From contig JBDZWC010000004.1 in NCBI GenBank assembly GCA_040256005.1, forward strand, positions 8,393 through 65,860: a stretch of DNA of 57,468 nucleotides, in the 5' to 3' direction. The translations under genes and the position numbers were made by a program. The stretch comes from Deinococcaceae bacterium. Its GTDB lineage: Bacteria > Deinococcota > Deinococci > Deinococcales > Trueperaceae. The notes beneath the pieces were generated by a model. It did not search any database. It was not told where the DNA came from and saw nothing but the letters and a program-made list of their open reading frames with translations. Shown here piece after piece: positions 9,301-19,165 of this stretch (within the stretch, counting starts at the first letter, position 1; every line of letters starts with the position of its first letter).

Positions 9301-9952
9301 ACACCTGCGCGGCGACGCGGCACACGTCTTGGTCGCCTCGCCGCAGGTACCGCTGTTCACGGTCGGCGACGTCGTGCGGGGGCGCTGGCCGCGCCGGCCG
9401 GAGCTGCGCGGTTCAAGCGTCTACTCCTACGTGCTCAACAACTACTGGCACACCAACTACCCGGGTGTTCAGGAGGGCGAGCTCACGTTCGCGTACGCGA
9501 TCACGTCCGCCCACAGCCTGACGCCCGCGGGGGCGTACCGCTTCGGTTGGCAGGCCAGACGGCCCCTGCTCGCGACGCGCCTCAGCCGACAGGACTTCAG
9601 GGAGGCCAGGGCCCCGTACGACGACCCGACGGGCGGGCGGCTGGCCGAGGCCGGCGGCGAGGACGTCGTCCTCACCACCCTCAAAGGCGCCCGGCACGCC
9701 GCGGGGCTCGTCGCGCGTTTCCAGGAGGTGGCGGGGGCACCCGCCGGTGGCTCGGCTGCCGTGCTCAGGTTCCCGGGTAGGCGCATAGCCAGGGCCTTAA
9801 GGACGGACCTGCTGGAGCGCGACCTGCAGGAGCTGCCCGTCGATCCGGTCGGCTCCTTGCGGGTGAGCCTGCCGGCGTGGTCGCTACTGACCGTCCGCGT
9901 CGAGCTGGAGGACAGCGACGTCGCGGTCCTCCCACCAGGCGGGCAAGCCTAG
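6368..9952 (+). CDS. Glycoside hydrolase family 38-like (alpha-mannosidase-type) multidomain protein
   Basis: HAHTDIGYTH metal motif, FDEHTWG, YWEDG and SYVLNNYWHTNY. Start uncertain (ORF open from 6194). Confidence 0.82.
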   Translation: MRTSAASHVGETEVWRIGGLDGLAPELLDDFAAPTLREVLWRVGYPDQRWPAYHPSEADPLGGYREHPRRIAFDLAAEPAGTYVLAIDYFTICPRLPHLEVRIAGESGRALLKPVPSRSGEVLVHAGLHSAIYSEGSVEVAIPARLLCRGENVVELVCRDEAEVLRVEDRAAVERLDRMANGAGIYYRRLRLLKGTKPDRSGATPGFPLRRVTLEPTVLYRRGSAGDLSCRCLVDVELLDGCEATPLLLHLKDATSERTVPLELPATDFGHRRLAFDLWDGEGEVSYAVQTEGVGKPPLANGTFRRRRKWRVYVAAHAHTDIGYTHRQWEVAERNAWNVDTALARIGAAPDEPFAYHFDAFWVLTEYLPGRDAATRERLMAAVAAGRIGFAATYADVLTHAAALEDLIRNLEPAHDLLRRHGLRAELAAAVDVASLTGALPDVLAGAGVRYLVHANNQDRGPLRLNGDLHLLSPFRWRGVAGGEVLTWLSRMYSELRKVCGSPPTLGSAERGLALWLDEFERDDYAPDSVLLYGQEADNTDLDPQPEAFVRAWNEAYAYPRFVVADPAEFFRDVETRYGDELPEVRGDGGAYWEDGVGSSFEATALARTAQATLPAAERLEALAVLHGEGLAFPLDRFDAAWRELLLFDEHTWGAYCSATDPEALITGEQWDVKRGFVGAAERWSRRLLQAAAAKHALSWAADDREVAVFNPNSWAFGGRVVVETAVGERVVDETGAAVPARVLDRGATQQRLELWIDDVPGLGYRRFRLERDAGPRDEPARATRAARDDSSHRDGLPPEGQDDGLVQLENDWYRLTMHEATGRVVSLFDKALGRELLEAGAPWALGQLVHASGGEGTRLVSNRSTLPPGDPELAGELTVTGLDRTSSALGEHLTVMGESPAGPVRVEWTLPARAKRVDVSYTLRKPAQDGKEALYVAFPFDLPGARVLSDGHVGWTDWREDLLPGGCSEWLPVQSAIHLRGDAAHVLVASPQVPLFTVGDVVRGRWPRRPELRGSSVYSYVLNNYWHTNYPGVQEGELTFAYAITSAHSLTPAGAYRFGWQARRPLLATRLSRQDFREARAPYDDPTGGRLAEAGGEDVVLTTLKGARHAAGLVARFQEVAGAPAGGSAAVLRFPGRRIARALRTDLLERDLQELPVDPVGSLRVSLPAWSLLTVRVELEDSDVAVLPPGGQA

Positions 9953-11101
9953 GACCGTCTCCAGCGCCAGGGCGACGCCGCCCATGGTCACCGCCTCTGG
10001 ACCCAGCCGGGACGCCACCACACGACACGGGGACCTGACGCCGGCCAGCGCAGGCTTGGCGAGCCGCCTCTCGACGGCGGGTAGCAGGTACGGGACCACA
10101 TGCGTCATGGCGCCACCCAACACGATCAGCTCGGGATCGACGACGTCCACCATGTCCGCCAGGACCCGCCCCAGCAGGTCGCCCAGCTCCTCCAGCAATG
10201 CCAGGGCCCTGGCGTCGCCGGCGGCGCAGGCCTCGGCTGCCTCCTGGTAGCTACCGGCAGACACGGACCTTTCGGCCAGCTGCTCGACGACCGCGCGTTC
10301 GGCGAGGTAGGCCTCCAGGCAACCGCTGTCGCCGCAGCCGCAGGGTCGCCCTCCCGGCACGGCGGTTATGTGCCCCACCTCGCCGGCGAAGCCGCCGGAC
10401 CCACGCTGCAGCCGCTCGCCCAGGTAGAGCGCTCCGCCGATGCCGGAGTGCCCCGCGATGACCATGAAGTCGCGGGCCTGCTGGGCGCTGCCGAACAGCT
10501 TCTCGGCCAGGGCAGCCGCCTTGGTGTCGTTGTCGACCGCCACGGGCACCGGCCATAGGGCGGCGAGGCGCTCGCCCAGCGGCACGTCACGCCAGCCGAG
10601 GTTCGGCCCGAACGCCAGGTGACCATCGCGCCCGATGAGCGCCGGGACGCCGACGCCGACGGCCTTCACGTCCTGCCAGCCGGCGCCCGACTCGCTCAGC
10701 AGCGCCTCTACCCCGCGCTCCAGGTCGGCGACGGCGGTGTCCGGATCGTCGCCCGCGTCGCCCTGCCAGCTCGCCAGGGGCGTGCCGTCCATCGTCGCCG
10801 CCAAGACGCGGACCACCCCGGGCTCCAGCCTCGCCCCGACGAGCACGCCGGCGCCAGGGTCCAGCTCCAGGCGCATGGGCGGCCTACCCCTGCGGTCGCC
10901 CGCGGGGACGGCCGTGGCCACCACCAGCCCCTCGGCGCGCAGCTGACGCACGACCGCCGAGACGGTGGCGGGGTCGAGGCCGGTGCTCGTCGCCAGCTCG
11001 GACTGGGTGGCGCCGCCGGCCAGGCGCAGGGCATGGAACACCTTGGCGACGTTGAGCCGCCGCACCAGCGCCGGGTTCAGGCGGCCTCGGTGACCGTTCA
11101 C
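9884..11101 (-). CDS. ROK family transcriptional repressor (XylR/NagC-like)
   Basis: N-terminal HTH, GRPP, VDNDTKAAALAE and GEVGH...CGCGDSGCLE. Confidence 0.93.
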   Translation of the reverse strand: MNGHRGRLNPALVRRLNVAKVFHALRLAGGATQSELATSTGLDPATVSAVVRQLRAEGLVVATAVPAGDRRGRPPMRLELDPGAGVLVGARLEPGVVRVLAATMDGTPLASWQGDAGDDPDTAVADLERGVEALLSESGAGWQDVKAVGVGVPALIGRDGHLAFGPNLGWRDVPLGERLAALWPVPVAVDNDTKAAALAEKLFGSAQQARDFMVIAGHSGIGGALYLGERLQRGSGGFAGEVGHITAVPGGRPCGCGDSGCLEAYLAERAVVEQLAERSVSAGSYQEAAEACAAGDARALALLEELGDLLGRVLADMVDVVDPELIVLGGAMTHVVPYLLPAVERRLAKPALAGVRSPCRVVASRLGPEAVTMGGVALALETVLGLPAWWEDRDVAVLQLDADGQ

Positions 11102-11127
11102 TTCCCTCCAGACGAGGACGTCCTAGC

Positions 11128-11190
11128 TTGACTGGTCGCTCGTGTTGCCGGTACCGTAGCATTTAATTAGATACTCGTCAGAACTCGTAA
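11128..11190 (+). promoter_or_regulatory. Putative promoter and operator region of the sugar ABC/xyl operon
   Basis: TTGACT 11128-11133, TACCGT 11152-11157, AT-rich ATTTAATTAG, and ACTCGT repeated at 11173 and 11183. Confidence 0.5.
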
Positions 11191-11234
11191 GCGGTGACGC
11201 TGGTCGAGCCAGTCGCTAGGACGGCAGGAGGCGC

Positions 11235-12776
11235 ATGGCTGCCCAAGAGGTGCTCAGCGGGGCAAGGCTGAGCAAGTCGTTCGGACCCATAGAGGTCGTC
11301 CACGCCGTCGACGTAGACGTCAGGCCCGGCGAGGTCCATGCCCTCGTGGGCGAGAACGGCGCAGGCAAGTCGACGCTCATGAAGATGCTGTCCGGCTACC
11401 TGGCTCCCAGCTCCGGCGAGCTGCGCATGGACGGACGTCCGGTCGCCTTCCGTGACTCGAACGAGGCCGAGGCCGCCGGGATCGTGCTCATCCACCAGGA
11501 GCTCAACCTCGTACCTCATCTCACGGTCGAGGAGAACATCTTCCTGGGACGCGAGCCGCACCGCTTCGGGATCGTGGACCAACGCGCCACGCGGCGGGCT
11601 ACCCGCGAGCTACTCGACGCGCTCAAGACGGACGTCCCGGCCACGCGCCAGGTACGCGAGCTCTCCGTCTCCCAGGCTCAGATGGTGGAGATCGCCAAGG
11701 CCGTCTCGCGCGAGGTGCGCGTGCTGTGCATGGACGAGCCCACCGACGTGCTCACCGGCCGGGAGACCGCGGTGCTGTTCGACCTCGTCAGGCGGCTCGT
11801 AGCGGACGGCGTGGCCATCCTCTACGTGTCCCACAAGCTGGAGGAGGTCAAGGCCATCGCCGATCGGGTCACGATCCTGCGCGACGGCACCAAGATCGGG
11901 ACCTACGACGTGTCCGAGCTGACGCCCGTCGAGATGGCGCGGCGGATGGTCGGCAGGGACCTGGCCGACATGTACCCGGTCAAGCGAGCGCCCGCTGAGG
12001 ACGCTTCGTTGGCCCTGGAGATCGAGGACCTCAGCGTTCCAGGTCTAGTCACGGGCGCCTCGCTGTCGGTCAGACGCGGAGAGGTACTCGGTGTCGCCGG
12101 GCTCATCGGCGCGGGGCGCACGGAGCTGTTCGAGGGCGTGCTGGGTCTGCGGCCCGCCACCGGCAGCGTGCGCAAGGACGGCCGTCTCGTCGACTGGCGG
12201 CATCCGGCCGACGCCAAGCGCGACAAGGTCGCCTACCTGACCGAGGACCGCAAGGGCAAGGGGCTCCTGCTGAACGACCCCCTGCGCGAGAACGTCACTC
12301 TGCAGGCTCTCGAGCTCTTCGCCAAGCCCTTCGTCGACCTGCGTGCCGAGCAAGCCGCTCTCGAGAACGCCGTGGACGAGTTCGACGTTCGCGTCGCCGA
12401 CGTGGGCGTGGCAGCCAAGGCGCTCTCGGGTGGCAACCAGCAGAAGGTCGTGCTCGCCAAGATGATGCTGACAGACCCCGACGTCGTGATCCTCGACGAG
12501 CCCACCCGGGGCATCGACGTCGGCACCAAGCGGCAGATCTACTTCTACGTCGCCGAGCTACTGGCCAGGGGCGTGGCCGTGGTGCTGATCTCGAGCGAGC
12601 TGCCCGAGGTCCTGGGCCTCTCCCACCGCGTCGTGGTCATGCAGCGGGGCGTCGTTACCGGGACGCTCGCAGGCGACGACCTGGACGAGGAGACCATCAT
12701 GGCCTACGCCACGGGCCTACGAAACGACAGCCACGTCGCCGAGTGGGAGACGGGTGGAGCGCATGTCGGCCACTGA
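11235..12776 (+). CDS. Sugar ABC transporter ATP-binding protein (CUT2, RbsA/MglA-like)
   Basis: GENGAGKST, tandem NBDs, LSGGNQQK and [10 protein letters not shown]. Confidence 0.95.
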   Translation: MAAQEVLSGARLSKSFGPIEVVHAVDVDVRPGEVHALVGENGAGKSTLMKMLSGYLAPSSGELRMDGRPVAFRDSNEAEAAGIVLIHQELNLVPHLTVEENIFLGREPHRFGIVDQRATRRATRELLDALKTDVPATRQVRELSVSQAQMVEIAKAVSREVRVLCMDEPTDVLTGRETAVLFDLVRRLVADGVAILYVSHKLEEVKAIADRVTILRDGTKIGTYDVSELTPVEMARRMVGRDLADMYPVKRAPAEDASLALEIEDLSVPGLVTGASLSVRRGEVLGVAGLIGAGRTELFEGVLGLRPATGSVRKDGRLVDWRHPADAKRDKVAYLTEDRKGKGLLLNDPLRENVTLQALELFAKPFVDLRAEQAALENAVDEFDVRVADVGVAAKALSGGNQQKVVLAKMMLTDPDVVILDEPTRGIDVGTKRQIYFYVAELLARGVAVVLISSELPEVLGLSHRVVVMQRGVVTGTLAGDDLDEETIMAYATGLRNDSHVAEWETGGAHVGH

Positions 12777-13770
12777 GGTCCCCACCGTCCGCAGCTGGCG
12801 CGACCGGCTGCGCGGCGTGCCGTGGCAACAGCTCACGCCGCTCCTCGGCCTCGTCCTGCTCATCGTCGTCGGGTCACTCATCCACCCTTCGTTCCTCACG
12901 CCCACCAACATCTTCAACGTCCTGACGCGCTCGGCCTTCATCGGGATCATCTCCGTCGGAGCGACGTTCGTGATCATCAGCGGCGGCATCGACCTCTCGG
13001 TGGGCTCCATGGCGGCGTTCCTCGCGGGCGCCATGATCCTGTTCATGAACGCCCTCCAGGGCGGTGGCATCGCGCCCGTCGGCATCGTGCTGCTGGGCGT
13101 GGGCCTGGTCCTGGTGAGCGGGCTGGTCGCCGGGGCCGCCAACGGTGTCGCGATCACCAGGGGCCGCATCGAGGCGTTCATAGTCACGCTCGGCACGCTG
13201 GGCATCTTCCGCTCCTTGGTCACGTACCTGGCCAACGGAGGGACGATCTCGCTGAACTTCGAGCTGCGCAACGTCTACCGCCCGGTGTTCTACGGCCACT
13301 TCCTGGGCGTGCCCATCCCCGTGTGGGTGTTCGCCGCGGTGGCGCTCATCGGAGCACTGGTCCTGCACCGCACCCGCTTCGGCCGCTACGTGCGGGCGAT
13401 CGGCTCCAACGCCGAGGTCGCGCGCTACGCCGCGATCCGCGTCGAGCGCGTGCGCACGCTCACCTATGTGATCCAGGGGCTGTGCGTGGCCATCGCCGTC
13501 GTGCTCTACGTCCCGCGGCTCGGATCGGCATCCGGTTCCACCGGCATCCTGTGGGAGCTCGAGGCGATCGCCGCCGTGATCATCGGCGGCACGGCCCTCA
13601 AGGGCGGCTCCGGCCATGTGTGGGGCACCGTGGTGGGCGCGGTCATGCTCTCGCTCATAGGCAACGTGCTCAACCTGACCACGGCCATCAGCGAGTACCT
13701 CAACGGGGCCGTACAGGGCCTCATCATCATCGGAGCGGTGTTCCTGCAGCGCGGCCGCCAGGGCCGCTGA
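12763..13770 (+). CDS. Sugar ABC transporter permease (RbsC-like)
   Basis: [22 protein letters not shown] and [13 protein letters not shown]. Confidence 0.95.
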   Translation: MSATEVPTVRSWRDRLRGVPWQQLTPLLGLVLLIVVGSLIHPSFLTPTNIFNVLTRSAFIGIISVGATFVIISGGIDLSVGSMAAFLAGAMILFMNALQGGGIAPVGIVLLGVGLVLVSGLVAGAANGVAITRGRIEAFIVTLGTLGIFRSLVTYLANGGTISLNFELRNVYRPVFYGHFLGVPIPVWVFAAVALIGALVLHRTRFGRYVRAIGSNAEVARYAAIRVERVRTLTYVIQGLCVAIAVVLYVPRLGSASGSTGILWELEAIAAVIIGGTALKGGSGHVWGTVVGAVMLSLIGNVLNLTTAISEYLNGAVQGLIIIGAVFLQRGRQGR

Positions 13771-13889
13771 GGGGAGGAAGGTTGGAGGTTCGGGAGGGTA
13801 CCGCCAGCAGGAGGGCCGGCGCACGTGAACGTGCGCCCCACAACCGTTCGCCAGCAGCTCGACGAGCAGCATCCTTCGGAGGAGGTCAC

Positions 13890-14828
13890 ATGTTCCGTAC
13901 GCTTCGAACCGTAGCCATCATCGCCGTGCTAACAGCCGGCGCAGCCTTCGCGCAGACCGTCATCGGGGTCTCCATCCCCGCCGCCACGCACGGCTGGACC
14001 GGCGGCGTCAACTGGTGGGCCGACCAGGCCAAGCAGCGCCTCGAGGCTGCCTACCCCGACCTGCAGATCGTCATCAACACGGCCGGCAGCGCCAGCGAGC
14101 AGGCCAACGACATCGAGGACCTCATCGCCATCAACCAGATCGATGCCCTGGTGATCCTGCCGTTCGAGTCCGACCCGCTCACCGAGCCTGTCGCGAGCGT
14201 CAAGGAACGCGGCATCTTCGTGACCGTGGTAGACCGCGGGCTGTCGCGCGCCGGCATCGAGGACGTGTACGTCGCCGGCAACAACACCGCCCTGGGCCGC
14301 GTGTCGGCCGAGTACATCGTCGAGCGCCTCGGCGGCGAGGGCAACATCGTCGTGCTGCGCGGCATCCCGACGACCATCGACAACGAGCGCTTCGACGCGT
14401 TCATGGCGGAGATCGAGGGGACCAACATCACGGTCCTCGACAGCCAGTACGCCAACTGGAACCGCGATGACGGCTTCGAGGTCATGCAGGACTTCCTCAC
14501 CCGCTTCCCGGAGATCGACGCGGTGTGGGCTCAGGACGACGACATCGCCATCGGCGTGATCGAGGCCTTGCGTCAGGCTGGCCGCGAGGACGAGCTGTTC
14601 GTGGTCGGCGGCGCCGGCATGAAGGAGATGGTCAAGCGCGTCATGGACGGCGACCCGCTCGTCCCCGTGGACGTGCTCTACCCGCCTGCCATGATCGCGA
14701 CGGCCATGGAGGTGACCGCGCTCAACTTCGTGTCCGACGTGCCGATCCTCGGCCGCTACATCCTCGACAGCCCGCTCATCACCCAGGAGAACGCGGAAGC
14801 CTACTACTTCCCCGACAGCCCGTTCTAA
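13890..14828 (+). CDS. Sugar ABC transporter substrate-binding protein (RbsB-like)
   Basis: GGAGG RBS, signal peptide ending [15 protein letters not shown] and WAQDDD. Confidence 0.93.
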   Translation: MFRTLRTVAIIAVLTAGAAFAQTVIGVSIPAATHGWTGGVNWWADQAKQRLEAAYPDLQIVINTAGSASEQANDIEDLIAINQIDALVILPFESDPLTEPVASVKERGIFVTVVDRGLSRAGIEDVYVAGNNTALGRVSAEYIVERLGGEGNIVVLRGIPTTIDNERFDAFMAEIEGTNITVLDSQYANWNRDDGFEVMQDFLTRFPEIDAVWAQDDDIAIGVIEALRQAGREDELFVVGGAGMKEMVKRVMDGDPLVPVDVLYPPAMIATAMEVTALNFVSDVPILGRYILDSPLITQENAEAYYFPDSPF

Positions 14829-14851
14829 ACGGGCTCGCTTAGCACACCTAG

Positions 14852-14879
14852 CTCCCGGGTGCGACCTCGTGCCCGGGAG
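14852..14879 (+). other. Intergenic stem-loop after the substrate-binding protein gene (mRNA stabiliser or attenuator)
   Basis: CTCCCGGG...CCCGGGAG inverted repeat with no U-tract. Confidence 0.55.
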
Positions 14880-14898
14880 GCTCTATCTGGAGGCTTCA

Positions 14899-15921
14899 GT
14901 GGCAAGACCTATCACGCTCTTCACCGGCCAATGGGCCGACATGCCCCTCGCCGAGCTGGCGCCGCTCGCCCGCGAGATGGGCTACGACGGCCTGGAGCTG
15001 GCCTGCTGGGGAGACCACCTGGACGTGAGGCGCGCAGCGGAAGATCGCGGCTACGCCGAGGGTCGCAAGGCGCTGCTCGCGGAGCACGGGCTGCAGCTCT
15101 TCGCGATCTCGAACCACCTGGTCGGCCAAGCCGTCTGCGACCCGATCGACGAGAGGCACGAGGCCATCCTGCCGGCGCACGTCTGGGGCGACGGCGACCC
15201 GGAAGGCGTGCGCCAGCGGGCTGCCGAGGAGATGATCGCCACGGGTAGGGCCGCCGCGAACCTCGGTCTGGGCATCGTCAACGGCTTCACCGGGTCCTCC
15301 GTGTGGCACGCCCTCTACGCCTTCCCTCCCACCTCCCAGGCGTACTGGCAGGCCGGCTTCGACGACTTCGGTCGTCGTTTCGAGCCGGTGCTCGACGCCT
15401 ACGCAGAGATGGGGGTCCGGTTCGGACTCGAGGTGCACCCCACGGAGATCGCCTTCGACGTCGCGTCGGCCGAGAGAGCGATCGCAGCCGTGGACGGCCA
15501 TCCCGCCTTCGGGTTCAACTACGACCCGTCGCACCTCGCCTACCAGGGCGTTGACTACGTGAGGTTCATCCGCCGCTTCGCCGACCGCATCGTGCACGTG
15601 CACATGAAGGACGTCTGGTGGGGCCGCGGCAACGGCGAGGCAGGCGTGTTCGGCGGCCACACGACCTTCGGCGACCCGCGGCGGTACTGGGACTTCAGGA
15701 GCGTGGGCCGCGGCGACGTGGACTTCGAGGAGATCATCGTCGCGCTCAACGACATCGGCTACCAAGGACCGCTCTCGGTCGAGTGGGAGGACGTGCGCAT
15801 GGACAGGGTGCACGGCGCCACCGAGTCGGCGGCGTTCTGCCGCAACGTGGACTTCGCGCCCTCGGCGACGGCGTTCGACGCGGCCTTCGCCGACGAGGGT
15901 CGAGAAGGGAGCCAGGGATGA
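14899..15921 (+). CDS. Sugar phosphate isomerase/epimerase, IolE/MocC-like TIM barrel
   Basis: [37 protein letters not shown] and SVEWED. Confidence 0.9.
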   Translation: MARPITLFTGQWADMPLAELAPLAREMGYDGLELACWGDHLDVRRAAEDRGYAEGRKALLAEHGLQLFAISNHLVGQAVCDPIDERHEAILPAHVWGDGDPEGVRQRAAEEMIATGRAAANLGLGIVNGFTGSSVWHALYAFPPTSQAYWQAGFDDFGRRFEPVLDAYAEMGVRFGLEVHPTEIAFDVASAERAIAAVDGHPAFGFNYDPSHLAYQGVDYVRFIRRFADRIVHVHMKDVWWGRGNGEAGVFGGHTTFGDPRRYWDFRSVGRGDVDFEEIIVALNDIGYQGPLSVEWEDVRMDRVHGATESAAFCRNVDFAPSATAFDAAFADEGREGSQG

Positions 15922-17060
15922 CACGCCGCCTGCGCTACGGCATGGTGGGCGGCGGTGAAGGTGCCTTCATCGGCGGGGTCCACCGGCACGCCATGGCGCT
16001 TGACCACCGCTACGAGCTGGCCGCGGGCGCTCTCTCCTCCACGCCTCAGAAGGCCCGTCGTTCGGGCGAGTCACTGGGCCTCCCCGAGGACCGCAATTAC
16101 GACACGTGGGAGGCCATGCTGGAAGGCGAGCTGGCCCGGCCGGAGAGCGAGCGTATCGACCTCGTCGTCGTGGTCACGCCGAACCACGTCCACTACCCAG
16201 TGGCCAAGGCGTTCGCGGAGGCCGGCTTCAACGTCGTGTCAGACAAGCCGCTCGTGCACACGAGCGAGCAGGCGCACGACCTGGTCGAGACCGTCCGGCG
16301 CACCGGCGTCGTGTTCGGTGTCACCTACAACTACACCGGCTACCCGATGGTCAAGGAGGCGCGCGCCATCGTGCAGCGGGGCGAGCTCGGGGCGCTGCGC
16401 AAGGTCGTGGTGGGTTACCACCAGGGCTGGTTGGCGACCAGGCTCGAGGAGACCGGCGCCAAGCAGGCCGAGTGGCGCACCGACCCGGCGCGCAGCGGCG
16501 CCGCCGGAGCGATCGGGGACATCGGCTCGCACGCCGAGAACCTCGTCTCCACCGTGACCGGGCTGGAGCTCGAGGCGATCTGCGCCGACCTGACGACCTT
16601 CGTGCCCGGACGCCGCCTCGACGACGATGGGAACCTCCTGCTGCGCTTCAAGGGTGGCGCCAAGGGCGTGCTCATGGCCTCGCAGGTGGAGATCGGACAC
16701 GAGAACGACCTGGTGCTACAGGTCTACGGGGAGACCGGCTCCCTCACCTGGCGACAGGAGGACCCCAACTACCTCTGGTACGCGCCGCTGGAGGGCCCGG
16801 TCGAACTGCTCAGGCGTGGCAACCCGTACCTGGGCGAGGAGGCCAAGCGCGCCTCACGCCTTCCGTCCGGCCATCCCGAGGCGTTCCTCGAGGCGTTCGC
16901 GAACGTGTACGCCGAGGTCGCCGACGCGATCCTCAGGCGCCAGGCCGGCCGGGACACAGCAGGCGATTACCCGACGGTGGAGGACGGTGCCCGCGGCGTG
17001 CGCTTCATCGAGCGCACCGTCGTCAGCGCCGGTTCCCACGAGAAGTGGACGGAGTTCTGA
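15918..17060 (+). CDS. Gfo/Idh/MocA family oxidoreductase
   Basis: [32 protein letters not shown] and GHPEAF. ATGA coupling to the upstream gene. Confidence 0.93.
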   Translation: MTRRLRYGMVGGGEGAFIGGVHRHAMALDHRYELAAGALSSTPQKARRSGESLGLPEDRNYDTWEAMLEGELARPESERIDLVVVVTPNHVHYPVAKAFAEAGFNVVSDKPLVHTSEQAHDLVETVRRTGVVFGVTYNYTGYPMVKEARAIVQRGELGALRKVVVGYHQGWLATRLEETGAKQAEWRTDPARSGAAGAIGDIGSHAENLVSTVTGLELEAICADLTTFVPGRRLDDDGNLLLRFKGGAKGVLMASQVEIGHENDLVLQVYGETGSLTWRQEDPNYLWYAPLEGPVELLRRGNPYLGEEAKRASRLPSGHPEAFLEAFANVYAEVADAILRRQAGRDTAGDYPTVEDGARGVRFIERTVVSAGSHEKWTEF

Positions 17061-17061
17061 G

Positions 17062-18252
17062 GTGGGGCTAGACGCATCTCGGCCCGGCGGGTCGGACCTC
17101 TACGCCCCCACCGCCGAAGACCGCTTCACCTTCGGGCTGTGGACCGTGAGCAACGTGGGGCGCGACCCGTTCGGCGAGCCGACGAGGGCGTCCCTCGACC
17201 CGACCTACGTGGTCTCCAAGCTGGCCGAGCTGGGGGCGTACGGGGTCAACCTCCACGACGACGACCTGGTGCCGCGGGGCACGTCGGTCGGGGAGCGCGA
17301 CCGCATCGTGGCCCGCTTCCGCCGCGCCCTGGACGAGACCGGCCTCGTGGTGCCCATGGCCACGACGAACCTGTTCACCGACCCCGTGTTCAAGGACGGG
17401 GCGTTCACCAGCGCCGACGCCCGCGTGCGCAACCACGCGCTCAGCAAGACGATGCGCGCGATCGACCTGGGGGTGGAGTTGGGCGCCAGGACGTACGTGT
17501 TCTGGGGCGGGCGCGAGGGCGCGGAGGTCGACGGCAGTGCCAAGCTGCTTGACGCGCTGGCCTGGTACCGCGACAGCCTCGACTACCTGTGCGAGTACGT
17601 GGTCGACCAGGGGTACGACCTGCGCTTCGCCCTCGAGCCCAAGCCGAACGAGCCGCGCGGGCACGCCTTCCTGCCCACCGTAGGCAGCGCCCTCGGGTTC
17701 ATCGCCACGCTGCAGCGGCCCGAGATGGTGGGCCTCAACCCCGAGCTGGCGCACGAGACGATGGCAGGGCTGTCGTTCCCGCACGCGCTGGCGGCGGCGA
17801 TCGACGCGGGCAAGCTCTTCCACGTGGACCTCAACGACCAGCTGATGAGCCGCTTCGATCAGGACCTGCGCTTCGGGGCCGAGAACCTCAAGACGGCGTT
17901 CTTCACCGTCAAGCTCCTCGAGGAGCACTACGACGGGCCGCGGCACTTCGACGCCCACGCCCTGCGCACGGAGGACGAGGCGGGCGTGTGGGCGTTCGCC
18001 GCCGGTTGCATGCGCACGTACAAGATCTTGGCGGAGAAGGCCAGGCGCTTCGACCAGGACCAGGAGATACAGGCCGCGATCGCCGCTTACCGGGTGGAAG
18101 ACCCGGAGACCGGCTGGCCGCCCCGCTACACGCGCGCCGGCTCAGAGGCTCTCAAGGCGCGCGACTTCGACCTCGACGCCCTGCGTCGGCGTGGCCCGGG
18201 TCTGGAGCGGATCGACCAGCTGACGGTAGAGCTCCTGCTCGGCGTGCGGTGA
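17062..18252 (+). CDS. xylA: Xylose isomerase (Thermus/Streptomyces type)
   Basis: [39 protein letters not shown] and HFDAH. Confidence 0.95.
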   Translation: MGLDASRPGGSDLYAPTAEDRFTFGLWTVSNVGRDPFGEPTRASLDPTYVVSKLAELGAYGVNLHDDDLVPRGTSVGERDRIVARFRRALDETGLVVPMATTNLFTDPVFKDGAFTSADARVRNHALSKTMRAIDLGVELGARTYVFWGGREGAEVDGSAKLLDALAWYRDSLDYLCEYVVDQGYDLRFALEPKPNEPRGHAFLPTVGSALGFIATLQRPEMVGLNPELAHETMAGLSFPHALAAAIDAGKLFHVDLNDQLMSRFDQDLRFGAENLKTAFFTVKLLEEHYDGPRHFDAHALRTEDEAGVWAFAAGCMRTYKILAEKARRFDQDQEIQAAIAAYRVEDPETGWPPRYTRAGSEALKARDFDLDALRRRGPGLERIDQLTVELLLGVR

Positions 18253-18381
18253 CCGGCGGGCGCACGTTACTCATGGAGTTGCCGAACATCCTTGAAGCTT
18301 GCGTTCTAGGGAGGCAACCGTGGGTAGATCGCTTGGGAGCCACGGCGGCGTCGACTCGCGCCGTGAGACCGAGGGGCCGCT

Positions 18382-19134
18382 GTGAGCAGCGACGTGGCGA
18401 GCCGCCTGGCTGCGCCCGTCGCGCTGCCTTACGAGACCGCGACCCCTCGGCGCCAAGACACCGCCATAGCGCTCTCCCGGTCCCGGATCCTGAGGGTCCT
18501 CGCCCTGGTCGTCACGTCGCTTCTGGCCCTGCACCTCGCGCTCCAGCTGCTTCCGATCGACTTCTTCGGCAGCGAGATCCTCAAGGGCAAGGTGCATATC
18601 GACGCCGAGAACAGCGTGCCGACCTACCTGGCCGCAGCCCTGCTCACCGCCTGCGGACTCATCTCGTGGTGGTTGGCTCGCATGGAGCGGTTGCCCTGGC
18701 CCGGATGGGGGTTCCTAGCCGTAGTGTTCGTCGGCGCCGGCATCGACGAGGTGGCGGCGATCCACGAGGAGCTCACGGTCCCCATACGCAGCGCGCTGGG
18801 CGCCAGCGGCTGGCTCCGTTTCACCTGGGTGGTGGCCGGTGCCGGCGTGGCGTCGACCATCGCTGTCCTCTTCCTGCGCACATTCCTGGCGCTCCCCCGG
18901 TCGGTGAGAGGTGGCCTGGCGCTCGGTGCGGGCCTGTTCCTGCTCGGCGCGCTCGGCATGGAGCTCCCTGGCGGCCAGCTCAAGGACACCCTGGGCGTCG
19001 AGAGCTCCCCCTATGTGCTCGTCTCTACCTTGGAAGAGGCACTGGAGTTCGCCGGGGTGCTCGTGTGGTTCGCCGTGCTGAGCCTGCGGCTCCAGACGGT
19101 CGCCAACCAGCCGACGATACGCATGACGGCCTGA
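18382..19134 (+). CDS. Hypothetical multi-pass membrane protein
   Basis: About 6-7 hydrophobic segments, with DE..AIHE and EE.LE motifs. Confidence 0.75.
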   Translation: MSSDVASRLAAPVALPYETATPRRQDTAIALSRSRILRVLALVVTSLLALHLALQLLPIDFFGSEILKGKVHIDAENSVPTYLAAALLTACGLISWWLARMERLPWPGWGFLAVVFVGAGIDEVAAIHEELTVPIRSALGASGWLRFTWVVAGAGVASTIAVLFLRTFLALPRSVRGGLALGAGLFLLGALGMELPGGQLKDTLGVESSPYVLVSTLEEALEFAGVLVWFAVLSLRLQTVANQPTIRMTA

Positions 19135-19165
19135 CCGACCCCTGCCGGGCGGCAGGAGAGTCGGG

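Noticed and set aside
12822..13889. Long N-terminal extensions on the binding protein, Gfo, xylA, minC and mrdA ORFs in the track
   Set aside because: Off-frame read-through of upstream genes; RBS or coupled starts define shorter genes.
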